Shown piece by piece: positions 31,825-40,082 of a stretch of DNA of 64,000 nucleotides. The translations under genes were made by a program, and so were the position numbers. Source of the DNA: a virus; IMG/VR virus record IMGVR_UViG_3300017964_000010, positions 10,180 to 74,179 of that record; one strand, written 5' to 3'. The notes beneath the pieces are model-generated. The model ran no database searches. It was not told the DNA's origin and saw only the letters and a list, made by a program, of their open reading frames with translations. Position 1 is the first letter of the stretch. Every line of letters starts with the position of its first letter.

Positions 31825-33369
31825 TTACGAGGGCGTTGCTTTTGAGTTATTTGCTCCTACCAACTGTGCAGGAGATAATGGTGGTGCTGAACCACTTGAA
31901 GATTTATTTGTTTTATTAAATTTTGAAAGAATATATTGTTTCATACTAATTCCAGGATCAACTTTTGTTGGATCTGTTTCATTATGACCCCAAACTTGTC
32001 CGCCAGGCCAGACAACATAAAATGCTCTAAGAAACTGATTTAAACTATTCCATTGACTTGAAGTAATAGATTCTGCACTTATAAAATTATTCGGAGTAGG
32101 ATTATTACTATTACAGTTATATCCTCCTATCATAGAAATCCCTATACTATACTTATTATGTCCATTTGCTTTTGCATGAGCACCCATCATATTTAAAGGT
32201 CGCCCTCTTTGAATAGAACCGTCCTTTTTTATAATATAATGATATGATATACCTCTACCAAAACCTCTATCTATAGCAATATTATGACACTCTTCAGAAC
32301 CAACATTTCCCTGATTGTTAAAGTGTGCAGACCAGTGTACAACTACTTCTGTTATTTCTCTACTAGCACCTCTAAAATCAGCAATTAATTCTTCAAAACT
32401 ATCTACAAATTTAAATTCATATGGATATGATCCACCTTTAGTGATTCTAGTATTTTCAGGATAATTCTGTTCATTAGAATTTAATCTTTCTACCTTAACT
32501 GTTGGAGGAAGTAGTTTTGAAAATTCGTCTGTAGATGATGGAACTCCACTAACTACATTTGATAATGAAGGATCTATTTTATAAACATCTTTAAAAATTT
32601 TATCACGTTCAGTAGCAGATAAATTACTACCGCTAAGAGCATTTTCTACTATCTGTGCAGCTTTTTCTTTATTTCCTAATAGTATTTCTTGTAATACACT
32701 TTTTAAAACATTTTCTTTTAATAAGCCTCTTGTAATAGTAGTTAATTCATTTCTTAATACATCTGTTCCTAATAGTAACAAATTATTTAATAAGCCGCCT
32801 TCAAAATTATTAATTGATCCCAATTTTGATAATAGTTGAGAAAAAAGTGCATTTCCAAATAAATTATTATTACCTTGAGTTTTTTTAATATTTTGAACAA
32901 CTTCTCCTGTAGGTTCTGTAGTAAAATTGTTCATTAAAGATTGACTAGGTTCATTTCCCGTAATAGATTGAATATTATTAAATATGGAAAGAGGTGTTGA
33001 AGCAATAACGTGAGATTTTAGTTTACCGGAAACAGGAGACTTTCCTGTTATTGCTTCTAATGGTCTAACATTTGTTGGAGTGGTTTCAAAATCACTATTA
33101 AATCCTTGTATTGGATTTTTTAATCTTACCGGACCAACATCTTCTATATTATCTGGATCAGATTTGTCATTTAGTGTTACTAAAGATTCTATATTACCTA
33201 CATTCGAGTTTGCATTTTTTGCTACAACACCATTTCTAACAGAAGAGATTATATTTGCAGCACTTTTTATATCTTGTGTTACATCATCAATATTAGTCTG
33301 TTTTTTAAGACTATTAAGAATGTTATTAAAACCGTCTTTATCTATTGAATTTTTTAAAAAAGATGACAT
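31825..33369 (-). CDS. Protein with C-terminal N-acetylmuramoyl-L-alanine amidase (Amidase_2/T7 lysozyme-like)
   Basis: EVVVHWS, YHYII.KDGSIQRGRP....GAHA, SIGISMIGG, GHNE....K.DPG. Confidence 0.85.
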   Translation of the reverse strand: MSSFLKNSIDKDGFNNILNSLKKQTNIDDVTQDIKSAANIISSVRNGVVAKNANSNVGNIESLVTLNDKSDPDNIEDVGPVRLKNPIQGFNSDFETTPTNVRPLEAITGKSPVSGKLKSHVIASTPLSIFNNIQSITGNEPSQSLMNNFTTEPTGEVVQNIKKTQGNNNLFGNALFSQLLSKLGSINNFEGGLLNNLLLLGTDVLRNELTTITRGLLKENVLKSVLQEILLGNKEKAAQIVENALSGSNLSATERDKIFKDVYKIDPSLSNVVSGVPSSTDEFSKLLPPTVKVERLNSNEQNYPENTRITKGGSYPYEFKFVDSFEELIADFRGASREITEVVVHWSAHFNNQGNVGSEECHNIAIDRGFGRGISYHYIIKKDGSIQRGRPLNMMGAHAKANGHNKYSIGISMIGGYNCNSNNPTPNNFISAESITSSQWNSLNQFLRAFYVVWPGGQVWGHNETDPTKVDPGISMKQYILSKFNKTNKSSSGSAPPLSPAQLVGANNSKATPS

Positions 33370-33386
33370 AAATTAAACTCCATAAA

Positions 33387-34256
33387 TTAACCATATGTTT
33401 CAAAAACTTTTTGTGCATAATTATATCTTTTTTGAAAAGTACCTGGCTGTGGTCTTTCAAATAACTCTTCAAAAATTCTTGTCGATTCTGAAACACTACC
33501 TGCACCTGTTAATTCTCCGTAACCTAAATATGGTTTTGTTTCCAATTCGTGCATTAAAAAATTTAATTGGCCTTCAAGAGACGAATACTCTACACCGTTT
33601 TTACTTGAAAAATCTTTTAACTCATCATATCTACTACCTCTCCATTGTGCTAATCCATATGCAGGCTTACCAAGATCATTTGGATTTAAAGTATCTGGTT
33701 CTAACCCAGATTCAGCATAAAGATTGCCTATAACTCCAGCAGCTTGTTCATCTGTGAGACCTTCACCTTTTAAGTAATTAAATATTTTTTCAGCATTGGA
33801 ACCACCTTTTAAATTTGATGTATCAATTTCTCTGCCTTCTTCATCTTTACCATCTTCAACATCGGTATCTTGATCTTTATCATCTGCCGGAGTGTCTCCA
33901 CTTCCACCACTATTATTTTTATTTGTATTTCTTTCAATATGATGAATAGGACCTATAATTATTGGCAATTGAGAACTAAAACCGTCCATAAAAAATCCAA
34001 AAACTTGAGCACCATTTTGAATTTGAGGCATTTTTCCTATACCAGATATTCCGCCTTCGGTTGATGGTAGTACAACTTGGGCCCAAGGTAAATCATTAAC
34101 ACTTGTCTGACCCCCGTTATGTATCCCTCTTATACGTACCTTTAATCTACCTAACTTAAGAGGATCTTTATTATCTACAATAATGCCAATAAACCATCTA
34201 AAATGGTCACCATAATAATCTTCCTGTAAAGTTTTTAATTCATTAACTGTTTTCAT
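33387..34256 (-). CDS. gp5 N-terminal OB-fold fused to Phage_lysozyme2-like domain
   Basis: WFIG.IVD.KDPLKLGR.KVRI.GIH, LPWA and VFGFFMDG, then AAGVIGNL.AES, GLAQW.G.R, FERP. Confidence 0.85.
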   Translation of the reverse strand: MKTVNELKTLQEDYYGDHFRWFIGIIVDNKDPLKLGRLKVRIRGIHNGGQTSVNDLPWAQVVLPSTEGGISGIGKMPQIQNGAQVFGFFMDGFSSQLPIIIGPIHHIERNTNKNNSGGSGDTPADDKDQDTDVEDGKDEEGREIDTSNLKGGSNAEKIFNYLKGEGLTDEQAAGVIGNLYAESGLEPDTLNPNDLGKPAYGLAQWRGSRYDELKDFSSKNGVEYSSLEGQLNFLMHELETKPYLGYGELTGAGSVSESTRIFEELFERPQPGTFQKRYNYAQKVFETYG

Positions 34257-35605
34257 GCTGTTAAGGTACCATTTGTTGTAGGTTTATATCCTAATTTAGC
34301 ACAAGAAATTACAGAGTTATAAACATTCTCTTGAAATACATGTCTGGTTGCATATATCATATATGTACCACTTTTTTTCTTATCTAAATTATTATTAGGA
34401 TCAGATTGTGATGTATCTGATATATTAGCATTAAATGCTATATTAATTAAATTTCCAATAGATTTATTTACTCCGTTCTGTAAAAAGTTTCTACCGGGCA
34501 CTGATATATCTATAGATGATTTATGTAAGAAGTGTCTAAGAGACTTTGTTTTTGCTTTAAACATATGCGATGAAACACCAGATGCTTCATAATAATTTAA
34601 AGAGCCGTCTTCAAAAGTTAGTGTTGGTGTTATTTGTGTTATCTCGCTTGTATCATAATCGTGCATTGGTCCGCCGGGAAATTGTGTTACTCCATCATAT
34701 ATCGGTCTCTGTTGTGCTGGCGGATAAGGAATACTGGAAAATATTTCTTGTGCATTAATTCTTGCAGTATAAGGTTTATTTTTAATTGTATCTAAAAATG
34801 TATAAGTTGAACCAGTTAACCCTTTTCTTGCCATCATTAACTGATCTTCAAGATTAGAATATTTAAAATCACGAATTGCATAATACTGTCTAGGATCTAG
34901 TGTTTCAAATCCAGAACCTATTGGTTGTGAAAAAGTATATGCATAGGTATTATTATTTAAAGGTGTTGCATTTAAAATTGTTTCTAAATCCATAAGTCTA
35001 AGATTATCATCACATATTGTTGAAAATAAAAAATATGGTAATCCTGATGTTGTAGATGCTCTATCTTTAATCCAATTAGCTGCACCAATAGGAGTCATGT
35101 TTGGCACTACTACTTTAATACTACCATCTACATTTTCATTTCCAGCCATTAGAACAGATCTTCCTAAATTTTCACTTATGATGCTACTAATTATTGAACT
35201 TGGTGTTCCACTATAAGCTTTTTGAACACGAATCATTCTCGAATAATAGCCAATATCTTCTATTAAAGCAATAGAATCAAGTTCTGTATTATCATTTGTT
35301 TTTACAGCTCTTAAAACTTCTGTTATTATAAATTTTTTTGTAATCGAAAATTCGTCTCCATCTAGCGAAGTTGAAATTTCAATTGTAACTAATTCTGTAC
35401 CAGAAATTTCTGCTGTTTCTAATATTCTTGATGTATCAGCAAATACAATTTGTGCAGTTAAATACGGTTTATCTACATGTTCGTAAATATTAACTTCATT
35501 GATAACAGAGTTTATTATAAAACTTGCATTGAGTTCTTGTTTTTCTATTTCAATTTTTCTGATAATAAACTCTGCATTGAGTTCTTGATTTGATTTTTCA
35601 TTCAT
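34253..35605 (-). CDS. Putative baseplate hub protein (gp27-like)
   Basis: 450 aa between gp53 and gp5. IYE....PYL and SG.Y.I...RH.F motifs. Confidence 0.6.
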   Translation of the reverse strand: MNEKSNQELNAEFIIRKIEIEKQELNASFIINSVINEVNIYEHVDKPYLTAQIVFADTSRILETAEISGTELVTIEISTSLDGDEFSITKKFIITEVLRAVKTNDNTELDSIALIEDIGYYSRMIRVQKAYSGTPSSIISSIISENLGRSVLMAGNENVDGSIKVVVPNMTPIGAANWIKDRASTTSGLPYFLFSTICDDNLRLMDLETILNATPLNNNTYAYTFSQPIGSGFETLDPRQYYAIRDFKYSNLEDQLMMARKGLTGSTYTFLDTIKNKPYTARINAQEIFSSIPYPPAQQRPIYDGVTQFPGGPMHDYDTSEITQITPTLTFEDGSLNYYEASGVSSHMFKAKTKSLRHFLHKSSIDISVPGRNFLQNGVNKSIGNLINIAFNANISDTSQSDPNNNLDKKKSGTYMIYATRHVFQENVYNSVISCAKLGYKPTTNGTLTA

Positions 35606-36345
35606 TATCTATTCTCTCGAAGAGTCTTTTTATAAGAAGAAAATACAGATGATACAATTTCGGGTTTAAATATTTTTATCTTTTTGTTTATATCATTCTG
35701 TTCTTTATAATGATCAAGATTGGTTACTGCTGTTAAATTAGAACCCGGACCAATAGTAGGATCAATATCAACAATGCCTTCAGTATCTTTATAGTGTCTA
35801 ACTGCATTATATTCAACGGTAGATGAGTGAACAGTAATAAATTTACCAGATTGTAGTCCGACAAGCTTTACCATTTCTCCATCAATGTAATTTAAAGAAC
35901 CTGGAACGGTAAAGGTCCCTATATTTGAATTAGTCTTGATTACTCTTGTCACAATTTCTTCTTGGTTTGAATCATTTCTGGTAGTAGTAACCAAATCGCC
36001 TACTCGAAATTTATCATAAAAATAATCTCTTGTTGTAATAGTTGTATTAGTGTATTTCTTTTTTACATATGCTTCTAAACTTTTAAGAGATCTTGGCCAA
36101 CCACTTTCTTTTAATTTATCATTAAGTAAAAAGAAAGTCCAGTAATAATCTGTAGTACCGTATAACATTTGAGAAACCTGATCTGGTCTTTCACCATCGT
36201 ATAAATTATAAAAAGTATATGCAGTTGTATTGTCTTTAAGTTTGTCAATTATATCAATATACAAAGACAAATTTTGAATAATATTGTAATCTTTTTCATT
36301 GCCAAATTTATAATTTACTGTTGGAAATCCTGAAAAAAAAGTCAT
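35605..36345 (-). CDS. gp53: Baseplate wedge protein gp53
   Basis: FF..FP.V.Y, DGERPDQVS..LYG..DYYW.F.LLN, WP. Confidence 0.88.
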   Translation of the reverse strand: MTFFSGFPTVNYKFGNEKDYNIIQNLSLYIDIIDKLKDNTTAYTFYNLYDGERPDQVSQMLYGTTDYYWTFFLLNDKLKESGWPRSLKSLEAYVKKKYTNTTITTRDYFYDKFRVGDLVTTTRNDSNQEEIVTRVIKTNSNIGTFTVPGSLNYIDGEMVKLVGLQSGKFITVHSSTVEYNAVRHYKDTEGIVDIDPTIGPGSNLTAVTNLDHYKEQNDINKKIKIFKPEIVSSVFSSYKKTLRENR

Positions 36346-36348
36346 ATC

Positions 36349-37434
36349 TTATCTTGCCCCTGCTTCTCTACCAGTGTAACCATCATAATAAGGATTGTCT
36401 GCTCCACCATATCTATCTGCCTTTGCTGACATTCCTGCCATTGCATCAGATTTATTTAAAGTAAATTCTTCAGCAAACGATACTGTAATATTTGTCTCAT
36501 TAAATTTACCGTCTTTATAAAAACCACCAGTAGTATTATATGAAGCTGAAAAAGATCTGAGATACATATGTTTAAAACTTAAATTAGGATTTGTTTCAGA
36601 TAAGTCTATATAAGTTCCTGTTCCTGTAGGATTTCCATTTACATCTAAATTAGGTTGAAAATACATCAATTTTATTTCAAATAAATTTGGAAACTTATAA
36701 CCAGCGTCTATGGTAGAACCTCCAGTACCCTCTAACTTAATAACCTCGGGATAAAGATTTGTTCTAAAAAATGATACAATATTTTGAATAGCAACTTGTT
36801 CTGATTGACTTGTTGGAACCATTTTAAAGTCAAAAGAAAACTCACGTATATTAACTGCTCTAAAAATCATTCTAGTATTAGGATTAGGTGTTACTCTTAA
36901 AGACCCTCTTACAGCATCTGTTCCAGGACCAGGCAATCCAGCTGCAAGTCTGCTGGCTGCAAGAGATGCTCCAGGACCACTTAAATTTCCTTTTATTGTA
37001 TCAACAATACTACCAACACCTTCTTGAAGGGCACCGCCGAGTGAATTTAGTATTCCCGAACCAGCATCCATCCCTCTTGAAATACCTTCACCAAGAATAC
37101 CAAGATTAGCGGCTTCAATACTAACACCATCTTGAATAGTAACTGGTGTCGGCATGTATAAAGCAACAGATTCATTACCTCTTGAGGAAGTAGCACCAGA
37201 TATTGCAGAATTAGTAAAATCTGAAAATGTATTACTTAAAGCATTTTCGAGTTCACCAAATAGGCCGTCACTTGATGCTTGAGTTTCATTATTACTTGTA
37301 CTAACTCTAGCCGAATAAGTGGGCCCGTGCTTAATAATCGGAGTAAACTTTATATAAGCTTTATATTTGTCTGCATTATCTATAGGAAATATATGTGTTA
37401 TTCCCGCACCACCCATATTTGTATAATCTACCAT
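36349..37434 (-). CDS. gp48: Baseplate tail-tube cap gp48
   Basis: ALYMP, NPN...IF.....REFSFDFKM.P.S..E...I..IV.FF, P..F.I. Confidence 0.82.
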   Translation of the reverse strand: MVDYTNMGGAGITHIFPIDNADKYKAYIKFTPIIKHGPTYSARVSTSNNETQASSDGLFGELENALSNTFSDFTNSAISGATSSRGNESVALYMPTPVTIQDGVSIEAANLGILGEGISRGMDAGSGILNSLGGALQEGVGSIVDTIKGNLSGPGASLAASRLAAGLPGPGTDAVRGSLRVTPNPNTRMIFRAVNIREFSFDFKMVPTSQSEQVAIQNIVSFFRTNLYPEVIKLEGTGGSTIDAGYKFPNLFEIKLMYFQPNLDVNGNPTGTGTYIDLSETNPNLSFKHMYLRSFSASYNTTGGFYKDGKFNETNITVSFAEEFTLNKSDAMAGMSAKADRYGGADNPYYDGYTGREAGAR

Positions 37435-37445
37435 TCAAAGTCCTT

Positions 37446-37476
37446 AATAAATAGAATTATCCTATTCTTATTTATA
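37446..37476. promoter_or_regulatory. Face-to-face late promoters between the divergent gp48 and gp4 genes
   Basis: Minus-strand TATAAATA at 37469-37476 (exact) and plus-strand AATAAATA at 37446-37453 (one mismatch). Confidence 0.65.
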
Positions 37477-37495
37477 TAATTTAACTGAAAGTACT

Positions 37496-37990
37496 ATGAA
37501 AACATACCAAGGAAAATATAAAGTAAAACATAGATCAAAATATCGTGGCGATGCAGATAATGTAATTTATAGATCAATGTGGGAAAGATATTGTTTTAAA
37601 TGGTGTGACGACAATCCTTCCGTAAAAACTTGGGCATCTGAAGAAGTCGTTATACCTTATTTTTATGAAGTCGATAAAAAATATCATAGATATTTTGTCG
37701 ATTTAAAAATAACATTTAATAATGGTAAAACTATTATTGTAGAAATAAAACCAGATAGTCAAACTACTCCACCCAAATTTTCAGGAAGAAAAACAAAAAA
37801 GTATATTGCTGAAGGCATGACATATGTTAAAAATATGAATAAGTGGAAAGCTGCTAAAAACTTTGCTGATGATCGAAATTGGGAATTTCAAATATGGACA
37901 GAAAAAACTTTACAAAGTATGGGTATAATGCCAAAACAGTCAACAATGAAGAGTCTTCCAAAGATGAAAAAAATTAAAAAATCATTATAA
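37496..37990 (+). CDS. gp4: Head completion nuclease gp4 (TnsA-like)
   Basis: KY.GD..NVIYRS.WE, W.SEE..IPY, HRYF.D, EIKP, N..KW.AA. Confidence 0.9.
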   Translation: MKTYQGKYKVKHRSKYRGDADNVIYRSMWERYCFKWCDDNPSVKTWASEEVVIPYFYEVDKKYHRYFVDLKITFNNGKTIIVEIKPDSQTTPPKFSGRKTKKYIAEGMTYVKNMNKWKAAKNFADDRNWEFQIWTEKTLQSMGIMPKQSTMKSLPKMKKIKKSL

Positions 37991-37993
37991 ATA
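37986..37993 (+). promoter_or_regulatory. T4-type late promoter TATAAATA, 5 nt before the gp2 ATG
   Basis: Exact match overlapping the gp4 stop codon. Confidence 0.75.
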
Positions 37994-37998
37994 CTACA

Positions 37999-38598
37999 AT
38001 GGCAAGTATATTTCAGAATCTTGAGATCGAAGCGTTTAGAGCCGGTATTAACCCTCGGACAAAAGAATCAAGGGATTGGTTTAGAAAAAGAATTGGTGCA
38101 CTACGTGGAGGAGCTTTACGTAGAATTAATAGGAATCAACTATTAAAAGATGATGAACTAACCTTAGAAAATAGAGCTATTATAGGCAATATGTATATGT
38201 TTTTCTACGATCCAAAACATAAAGATACATTACCATATTATGATAGTTTTCCTTTAGTAATACCAATTGGTCCAGCTGAAAAGGGATTTTTAGGATTAAA
38301 TTTACATTATTTGCCTCCAGTATTAAGAGCAAAATTACTTGACGGACTTATGGATACAACAAACAATAATAGATTTGATGAATCAACTAAATTTAATATA
38401 AAATATAGACAATTAAAGAGTGCTTCTAATTTAAGATATTTTAAACCATGTGTTAAACACTATTTAAATTCTAATGTAAGAAGTAGATTTGCAAAGGTTG
38501 AATCACCCGAATGGGAAATAGCAACATTTCTTCCAACTGCATCTTGGAATAAAGCAAGTGGTTCTGCAGTATATAGAGCATCAAGGGAAATGATATAA
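37999..38598 (+). CDS. gp2: DNA end protector protein gp2
   Basis: G.MY.F.YDPKHK.TLPYYD.FPL, GLNLHYLPP..R, PC.K.YL. Confidence 0.9.
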   Translation: MASIFQNLEIEAFRAGINPRTKESRDWFRKRIGALRGGALRRINRNQLLKDDELTLENRAIIGNMYMFFYDPKHKDTLPYYDSFPLVIPIGPAEKGFLGLNLHYLPPVLRAKLLDGLMDTTNNNRFDESTKFNIKYRQLKSASNLRYFKPCVKHYLNSNVRSRFAKVESPEWEIATFLPTASWNKASGSAVYRASREMI

Positions 38599-39167
38599 TG
38601 GATATAAAATCTTTTAAAGCGTCCTTTGAAAAAAAAGGCTTGGCAAGAAATAATCTTTTTAAAGTTGCTTTTCCTACATTTACAGCACTTCCAGATATTA
38701 CGGCTGAACAGTTAAATTTTATGTGTAAAAATGTTAATTTACCTGGTAGAAGTATGAGTGTAAATGAAAGAGTAATAGGTATACCTAAGGCAGAAAAAGT
38801 AGTAAATGGTTTCTTAATTGACGATATTCAGATGACCTTTATGATGACTAATTCATATGAAGCTAAAAGATATTTTGATTACTGGACTGGTTTAACTATG
38901 GATTTTAATACATACGAATTGAAATATAAATATGGAACAACTCCTGGGACTGGTTTTACTTCTGGTTATACGCGTGGTGTTAATATATCACAATTTAATC
39001 AAAGAAATCAAATCATATATGAATGCGTACTTATTGATGCATTTCCTACTTTAGTTAATGCTATAGAATTTACAAACGAACAAGGAGGGTTAACAGAATT
39101 AACTGTTCAACTTTCTTATAATAACTGGAAAGGAAAATACTTCGCTAACGAAGAAGCCCCTGTATAA
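38598..39167 (+). CDS. Tail tube-like protein (gp19/gp54 family)
   Basis: GLAR.N.F.V, C..VNLPG, F..W, L.DAFP, TVQLSY..W. Confidence 0.75.
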   Translation: MDIKSFKASFEKKGLARNNLFKVAFPTFTALPDITAEQLNFMCKNVNLPGRSMSVNERVIGIPKAEKVVNGFLIDDIQMTFMMTNSYEAKRYFDYWTGLTMDFNTYELKYKYGTTPGTGFTSGYTRGVNISQFNQRNQIIYECVLIDAFPTLVNAIEFTNEQGGLTELTVQLSYNNWKGKYFANEEAPV

Positions 39168-39189
39168 TAAATGAAATGAGGATGAAAAA

Positions 39190-39897
39190 ATGGCGCTGCC
39201 AAAGTTAAATGATAAACCAAAATATGAATTAACAATACCTTCTTTACAAGAAAAAGTAAGATATAGACCTTATTTGGTAAAAGAAGAAAAAGTATTAATG
39301 ATGGCTCTTGAATCACAAGATAAGGCCTCTGCATTACATGCTGTAGTTGATACAATTACTTCTTGTATAGATGCAGAGATTGATAAAAGCAAACTTACAT
39401 TATTTGATATCGAATATATGTTTATTATAATTAGATCAAAATCGGTAGGTGAAGTAAGTGATTTAGGACTTAAATGTTCATCATGTGAAAAAGTAAACGA
39501 TGTTTCTGTGAAACTTGATGATATTGAAATTAAAAAAGATAAAGAAGTAAGTAAGGAAATACAATTAGATGAAAATATTTCTTTAACTATGAAATATCCT
39601 AATTTTAATGATGTACTAAAATTTGAAGATAATGAATTAACTGATACAGAAAGAACATTTATGCTTATTGGTAAATGTATGGAATCAATTGAAACTGAAG
39701 AAGAAAATATTTTATTAAAAGATGTATCAGATAAAGAAATAGACGATTTTATAGAATCTTTAAACTCTCAGCAATTTGCTAAAGTAAGAGAATATGTAGA
39801 AAATATGCCAAGAGTTGAAAAAGAAGTAAAATTTATTTGTGGTGGTTGTGAAAAAGAAAATAAAATAATACTGAGTGGTATAGATGATTTTTTTTAG
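39190..39897 (+). CDS. gp26: Baseplate hub assembly protein gp26
   Basis: MALPK...YELTIPS...YRP.LVKEEK.L, FDIEY.F..IRSKSVGE, two CxxC motifs, ends G..DFF. Confidence 0.88.
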   Translation: MALPKLNDKPKYELTIPSLQEKVRYRPYLVKEEKVLMMALESQDKASALHAVVDTITSCIDAEIDKSKLTLFDIEYMFIIIRSKSVGEVSDLGLKCSSCEKVNDVSVKLDDIEIKKDKEVSKEIQLDENISLTMKYPNFNDVLKFEDNELTDTERTFMLIGKCMESIETEEENILLKDVSDKEIDDFIESLNSQQFAKVREYVENMPRVEKEVKFICGGCEKENKIILSGIDDFF

Positions 39898-40076
39898 TGG
39901 CTCTTTCTCATGATAACTTAGTAAATTATTATAAAACTAATTTTTTACTAATGCAAGAACATAAATATTCTTTGACCGAGATTGAGAATATGTTACCATG
40001 GGAAAGAGAAATTTATATTGCTATGCTTATTGATTATATTGAAAAAGAAAACGAAAGAATAAAAAATCAAGGATAG
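39897..40076 (+). CDS. gp51: Short gp51-like baseplate hub assembly domain (59 aa, -1 frame relative to gp26; not in ORF track)
   Basis: Hand translation VALSHDNLVNYYKTNFLLMQEHKYSLTEIENMLPWEREIYIAMLIDYIEKENERIKNQG. Confidence 0.85.
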   Translation: MALSHDNLVNYYKTNFLLMQEHKYSLTEIENMLPWEREIYIAMLIDYIEKENERIKNQG

Positions 40077-40082
40077 GATCCT

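Noticed and set aside
720-36888. Short ORF-track entries opposite or inside long genes (e.g. 720..953, 16383..16745, 22974..23396, also 41069..41680 and 50464..50847)
   Set aside because: Antisense or off-frame shadows of well-supported genes, with no SD or recognisable motifs
37496-37990. TnsA-like transposase or mobile element
   Set aside because: This is the core T4 head-completion protein gp4 in its usual context, with no terminal repeats
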